DNA from: Archaeoglobus fulgidus DSM 4304
Lineage (GTDB): Archaea > Halobacteriota > Archaeoglobi > Archaeoglobales > Archaeoglobaceae
NCBI RefSeq assembly: GCF_000008665.1
Contig: NC_000917.1
Coordinates: 1,530,001 to 1,562,000 of the forward strand
Direction: 5' to 3'
Length of the DNA stretch: 32,000 bases
Shown: positions 27,536 to 32,000 of the stretch, piece by piece
Layout of the letters: each line of letters opens with the position of its first letter
Position numbering within the stretch: position 1 is the first letter of the stretch
The notes under the pieces: model-generated
What the model was told of the DNA's origin: nothing
The model's input: the letters and a program-made list of their open reading frames with translations, nothing else
Databases searched by the model: none
Program-made: the position numbers and the translations under genes

Positions 27536-28520
27536 GCTGGTAAAAAAGGACATCAGGCTGATGTTCAGGGAGAGAACCTTCGTCAGCATCGTTTTTTTGA
27601 TAGTGTTTGTTGCGGGCATCTCATCAGTCATAACCTTCGGGCTGATAATGCTCTACAACCCCGATTACCTCGGCTACTACGGCAGCTCTAAGGTTGCGGT
27701 TGTGGGGGAGTGCTTCATTGAGAGCTGTTACGACGAGAAAACGGCCATGGAGCTCTTCAAAGGCGGGAAGGTTGATGCGGTTCTGATTGTAACCGATTTA
27801 AACGGTATCAAGTACGTTGACATTTTGGTGCCCGACGATGAGATAAAGGCCGCTCAGGTTCTGAGCTACGTTAAAAAGCTGCTCACCGAATATGAAGAGA
27901 AGCTGAGAGACGCTTACGGCGTTCCGAATCTCGACGTGAGGGTTTTCTCTGGAGGCAGGGAGAAAGACCTTCCATCAGGGTCGTCCACGGTATTCAAGTT
28001 CATCTACCTAATCCTAATCCCTCTCCTCAGCATCACAACTGCCGTCGTGGCTGCGGGAATGACGATCGACTCGATTTGTGAGGAGATACAGAGCGGCTCT
28101 CTGGAAGTGCTGCTCTCCACACCCCTCTCACCCTTCAAAATTTCGATGGCCAAGGTGGCGTCGCCGATGCTTTTCTCCTCCACCGTCACAGCGCTCTGGC
28201 TTCTGCTTCTCGCAGCCAACAGGGTTGACATCGCAAACCCTCTGCTGACCTTTGCTCTATCCGTCTTCATCGCAGCTTTTTTCGTGGCGTTGGGCTACAT
28301 CATGGCAGCGAAGTTCAGGGACAGGGAGAGGGCGCAGCTCCTATTCTCCATTCTCGCTGCGGGCTCACTGCCGCTGATGGTTACGAAGTACGCAAGCCCG
28401 GCTGTGATGGTTGGAAGGGCTGCGGCAGGGGCAGAGATAGAACCTGCTGTTGCCGCAGCATTCTCCGTTCTGGCCTTCTTGCTTCTTGCAGTTTCGCCGC
28501 TCTTGGTAAAAATTAAGTGA
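27528..28520 (+). CDS. ABC-2-type transporter permease
   Basis: 330 aa. N-terminal TM, large loop, then 'FKFIYLILIPLLSITTAVVAAGMTIDSICEEIQSGSLEVLLSTPLSPFKISMAKVASPMLF'. Overlaps the upstream gene by 8 nt. Confidence 0.85.
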   Translation: MFELVKKDIRLMFRERTFVSIVFLIVFVAGISSVITFGLIMLYNPDYLGYYGSSKVAVVGECFIESCYDEKTAMELFKGGKVDAVLIVTDLNGIKYVDILVPDDEIKAAQVLSYVKKLLTEYEEKLRDAYGVPNLDVRVFSGGREKDLPSGSSTVFKFIYLILIPLLSITTAVVAAGMTIDSICEEIQSGSLEVLLSTPLSPFKISMAKVASPMLFSSTVTALWLLLLAANRVDIANPLLTFALSVFIAAFFVALGYIMAAKFRDRERAQLLFSILAAGSLPLMVTKYASPAVMVGRAAAGAEIEPAVAAAFSVLAFLLLAVSPLLVKIK

Positions 28521-28522
28521 GT

Positions 28523-29776
28523 TCAGCTTCTTAACCTCTCCAGAACCTCCTTGGCGTAGTCCAGCCTTATCTTTCCGTCCCTGACCATTATCTCAACAAC
28601 CCTGTCAACCTCATCTCCTGTTGCACCGGCCATTATGGCGAGGTTTCTGGCGTGAAGCTCCATGTGCCCCCTCTGTATTCCTTCAGTTGCCAAAGCCCTT
28701 AAAGCTGCAAAGTTCTGAGCAAGGCCGAGAGCTGCAGCTACTCTCGCCAGCTCCTCGGCAGTGTTTACTCCAAGAATCTTCAGCGAGATTTTTGCCAGCG
28801 GATTGACCTTCGTTGCCCCCCCAATCACCCCCACAGCCATTGGAATCTCTATCGTTCCAACCAGATTCCCCTTCCTGTCAACCTCGTAGGTAGTGAGGGG
28901 TTTATAGCCGCCAATAGCAGCGTAGCTGTGGGCTCCAGCCTCAATAGCCCTGAAGTCGTTGCCCGTTGCAATCATCAAGGCTGAGATGCCGTTCATGATT
29001 CCCTTGTTGTGCGTGGCACATCTGAAGGGATCAGCTGCTGCAAAGGCGTAGGCGAGCATGATCCCCTCAACAACCTCCTCTCCGCCGATAACATCTTTGT
29101 CAAAAACAGCCTTCGCCCTCGCCAGCCTGTAGGCTGCAAGGTTCGAGATGATGCGGAGATAAACTTTCCCTCCAGTGATTCTCTCAATGAAGGGAGCAAC
29201 CTTCTCGCACATCGTGTTTACCGCATTTGCCCCCATGGCATCCTTTACATCAACAATTAAGTGGACTATGAGCATCTTCCCCATTATGGTGTCAATGACT
29301 CTCGCCTCTATATCCTTGCAGCCCCCTCCGAGGTTTACGAGCATCGGGTCGCATTCGTTGGCCCTCTCTATAATTTCATCCTTTTGCCTGAGAACCTCAA
29401 ATTTCGCCGCATTTGGGTTGAGAAGCTTTGTAACCTGAATCTGGCCAATCATGAGCGAGCCGGTGTAGTCTGTGGTGAATCCACCGCTCTCCCTCGCCAT
29501 TCTGGCTGCGTTGCTTGCTGCGGCAACAACACTTGGCTCCTCAATGGCCATCGGGATGAGGTAATCCTTCCCATCAATCAGGAAATTGGTGGCTATGCCC
29601 AGCGGAAGCTCAAAGGTGCCGATAACGTTCTCAATCATCCTGTCAGCAACGTCGAGGGGCAAACCCTGAGATAAAACTGCTTTAACCTCCTCATCGCTCA
29701 ATCCAGCGAATTCAGCAACCTTCTTCAGCCTTTCCTCCACGCTGAGCTTGTAAAATCCGGGAATGCGAGAACTCAT
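28523..29776 (-). CDS. hmgA: 3-hydroxy-3-methylglutaryl-CoA reductase, class II (bacterial-type)
   Basis: '[26 protein letters not shown]...', '[33 protein letters not shown]', '[17 protein letters not shown]', '[15 protein letters not shown]', '[12 protein letters not shown]', '[16 protein letters not shown]'. The ORF track starts at 29833; the ATG at 29776 is preferred. Confidence 0.94.
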   Translation of the reverse strand: MSSRIPGFYKLSVEERLKKVAEFAGLSDEEVKAVLSQGLPLDVADRMIENVIGTFELPLGIATNFLIDGKDYLIPMAIEEPSVVAAASNAARMARESGGFTTDYTGSLMIGQIQVTKLLNPNAAKFEVLRQKDEIIERANECDPMLVNLGGGCKDIEARVIDTIMGKMLIVHLIVDVKDAMGANAVNTMCEKVAPFIERITGGKVYLRIISNLAAYRLARAKAVFDKDVIGGEEVVEGIMLAYAFAAADPFRCATHNKGIMNGISALMIATGNDFRAIEAGAHSYAAIGGYKPLTTYEVDRKGNLVGTIEIPMAVGVIGGATKVNPLAKISLKILGVNTAEELARVAAALGLAQNFAALRALATEGIQRGHMELHARNLAIMAGATGDEVDRVVEIMVRDGKIRLDYAKEVLERLRS

Positions 29777-31704
29777 GGCTCTTCTAATCTTCCCTGATTT
29801 ATAATGTCTTCGGTCGAGTCTAAGAACCTGCATGTGTTTCCTTCGCAGACCATTATTCCATCAACGTATTCCTTTATAACCAATTTAAAGGGCCTGAAGA
29901 GTTTAAGGGCACTTTCAAAGTGCTCCTCCGTTTTGACAACGTAAACTCCTTTAATGAAGGTGTAAAGGCTGAGCAAGTAGGAAGCGGAGGAGAAGGGAAA
30001 CCTTCTGGCCAATCCAGCGAAAGTTCTGAGGCCTTCAACCGCAAGCTCCTCGTACCTTCTCTCTCCAGTAATGGCGCTGAGGGCTAAAAGAAGCTGTGGA
30101 GCTGAGCCGTTCACTGACTGAGTTGGGCTGTCGTGGAAGTTTTTAAGCCTGATTCCAAGCACAGCCCTCTCAGAGTCGAAGAAGCCCCCATCTTCGCCAT
30201 CCCAGAATTTTTCGACCGCTGAATCAACAATTTCAAAACACTTTTCGAGGTATTCGTGCCTCTGCGTAACCTCAAAGAGGGCCAGAAGCCCTCTGGCAAA
30301 GAAGATGTAGTCCTCCGAGAGCCCTTCTACGTTATGAGTGTGGAGAAGCTCCCTACCATCCCAAAACTCCTTTAGCAGCCTGTTGGCCGTTTTCTCTGCC
30401 ATTTCAAGGCTCCAATTATCCCCAAAAACCTTGTGGTGCATACACAATGCCTCAATCATCAATCCATTCCATCCAGCGTAGATGGTGGTGTCGATGTAGG
30501 GCATCTCCCTCTGCTCCCTGAACTCCAGCATCTTCCTCCTTGCGGAATTAACAGCCCTCTCCACCTCTTCAACAGAAACTCCGAGGATTTTTGATATCTC
30601 CTCCTCGGTAAGGAAGATTCGGGGAAGCTTTCTCTCTCCCTGAATGTCGTAGTAAAGGGTAGCTATCCTGAACTCCCTCTCATCGAGAATTTCCTTCAAT
30701 TCTCTGTCGCTGAAGAGGTAGTAACCCCCCTCGTCGAGCTCTCCTATGTCCGCATCCTGTGAGGCGTAAAAGCCCCCCTCATTGCTGCAGCCAAATTTTC
30801 TGTAATATTCAACAATCCCATCGGCAATTTTCTGGTAAAGCCTCTTTCCTGTTAAGGCGTAGGCGATGGAGTAGAGATAAAGCAGCTCGGCGTTGTCGTA
30901 GAGCATCTTTTCGTAGTGCGGTGTGACCCACTTCGCATCGGTGGAGTATCTGAAGAAGCCACCAAGCAAGTGGTCGTAGATTCCGCCCCTCGCCATTGCA
31001 TCGAGCGTTATCTCTGCAGCCTTCAGCACCTCTTCATCTCCAGTGAAAAAGTGGTGAGTAAGGAGAAGCTCAACGGCCTTGGCGTGATGAAACTTTGGGG
31101 CTGAGCCGAATCCACCATTAACGTAATCCGTTTGATCCAGAACTGCCTCAATTCCCTTATCAAGCAGTTTTTCATCAACATCCCCTTTAAAGCTGCCCTC
31201 AGCATACCTCCTTACAGCTTCTGTAAGCTCCTCGGCAGATTTCAGCAGCCTCTCTCTGTCGTGCCTCCACATCTCCGCAATTTTTCTCAGCACAGTTTTG
31301 AATCCGGGAAGATGATAGCGGTCTTCGGGAGGAAAGTATGTCCCCCCGAAAAAGGGCTTGCCATCAGGGGTAAGGAAAACTGTTAGCGGCCACCCACCGC
31401 TTCCTGTGGTGGCCATTACAAACTCCTGATACCTCTTGTCGATGTCGGGCCTTTCATCCCTGTCCACCTTTATGGCCACAAAGTTCCTGTTAATCATTTC
31501 AGCAATCTCTTCATTCTCAAAACTCTCTTTCGCCATCACGTGGCACCAGTGGCACCAGACACCACCTATGGAGAGCAAAATAGGCTTATCTTCTTTCTTT
31601 GCCTTTGCAAAAGCCTCTTCTCCCCACTCAAACCACTCAACCGGCTGATTTGCGGCTTTGCGTAGATAGGGGCTACGGGAGTTGATTAGACGATTGACCA
31701 TCAA
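29773..31704 (-). CDS. DUF255/YyaL (spermatogenesis-associated protein 20-like) thioredoxin-domain protein
   Basis: 643 aa: '[86 protein letters not shown]', '[25 protein letters not shown]', followed by a six-hairpin-like region. Confidence 0.93.
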   Translation of the reverse strand: MMVNRLINSRSPYLRKAANQPVEWFEWGEEAFAKAKKEDKPILLSIGGVWCHWCHVMAKESFENEEIAEMINRNFVAIKVDRDERPDIDKRYQEFVMATTGSGGWPLTVFLTPDGKPFFGGTYFPPEDRYHLPGFKTVLRKIAEMWRHDRERLLKSAEELTEAVRRYAEGSFKGDVDEKLLDKGIEAVLDQTDYVNGGFGSAPKFHHAKAVELLLTHHFFTGDEEVLKAAEITLDAMARGGIYDHLLGGFFRYSTDAKWVTPHYEKMLYDNAELLYLYSIAYALTGKRLYQKIADGIVEYYRKFGCSNEGGFYASQDADIGELDEGGYYLFSDRELKEILDEREFRIATLYYDIQGERKLPRIFLTEEEISKILGVSVEEVERAVNSARRKMLEFREQREMPYIDTTIYAGWNGLMIEALCMHHKVFGDNWSLEMAEKTANRLLKEFWDGRELLHTHNVEGLSEDYIFFARGLLALFEVTQRHEYLEKCFEIVDSAVEKFWDGEDGGFFDSERAVLGIRLKNFHDSPTQSVNGSAPQLLLALSAITGERRYEELAVEGLRTFAGLARRFPFSSASYLLSLYTFIKGVYVVKTEEHFESALKLFRPFKLVIKEYVDGIMVCEGNTCRFLDSTEDIINQGRLEEP

Positions 31705-31770
31705 AAAACATTGTTACGCAACTTTATAAAGATGGTGAAGTTTTAATATGGCCTGAAAAAACGCTTTTTG

Positions 31771-32000
31771 ATGAAAATTGCTGTGGTTGGAGCGGGGCTT
31801 ACAGGGCTCAAGACGGCGAAGGAGCTTGCAGAGCATGCCAAAGTTGTGGTCTTTGAGCCTGATGACGTGGGAGGGCTTGTGGCAACCTTCAGGGAATTCA
31901 GCATCGAGAAGTTCTACCACCACTGCTTCAGGGATGACGCCTTCCTGCTTGAGGAGATAAAGAGGTGCGGGCTGAAGTCGAAGCTTGTGTGGAAGATAGC
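31771..32000 (+). CDS. FAD-dependent amine oxidase/protoporphyrinogen oxidase-like protein, partial (continues past right edge)
   Basis: 'MKIAVVGAGLTGLKTAKELAEHAKVVVFEPDDVGGLVATFREFSIEKFYHHCFRDDAFLLEEIKRCGLKSKLVWKI': GxGxxG dinucleotide-binding fold and GG-motif. The reading frame is open to the window end. Confidence 0.8.
   Translation, partial: MKIAVVGAGLTGLKTAKELAEHAKVVVFEPDDVGGLVATFREFSIEKFYHHCFRDDAFLLEEIKRCGLKSKLVWKI

Noticed and set aside
1-32000. CRISPR arrays, transposases or phage structural genes
   Set aside because: No regularly spaced repeats were noticed on reading, and none of the translated ORFs carries transposase, integrase or phage structural signatures.

Overview
Archaeal chromosomal window. 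Gene content and protein features closely match Archaeoglobus fulgidus; this species call comes from memory and was not searched. The left ~7.3 kb is an accessory island on the minus strand. In transcription order it reads: frameshifted hsdM, orphan VapB-like antitoxin, RelB-like antitoxin with a truncated RelE-like ORF, DUF104 antitoxin + PIN toxin, hsdS with no canonical start codon, a HEPN-domain protein, and hsdR (runs off the window). A tRNA-Val(UAC) gene lies just beyond the hsdM end of the island. The rest is mostly housekeeping: HSL-family carboxylesterase, DUF1641-like and DUF5371-like proteins, ilvN/ilvB, CHASE4-type histidine kinase, DNA polymerase D large subunit, Lrp/AsnC regulator, ADP-ribosylglycohydrolase, NHEJ-type DNA ligase + Ku, malic enzyme, glycosyltransferase, a divergent FtsZ/tubulin-superfamily protein, truA, archaeal GAPDH, CooT-like protein, an ABC-2-like permease apparently fused to a PrsW-like protease, a second ABC-2 permease, class II-type HMG-CoA reductase, a DUF255/YyaL thioredoxin-domain protein, and the start of a FAD oxidoreductase. 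The most unusual observations are the type I RM island layered with toxin-antitoxin modules and remnants, the FtsZ-like protein without a recognisable GTP-binding loop, the permease-protease fusion, and the Ku/ligase pair convergent with an ADP-ribosylglycohydrolase.
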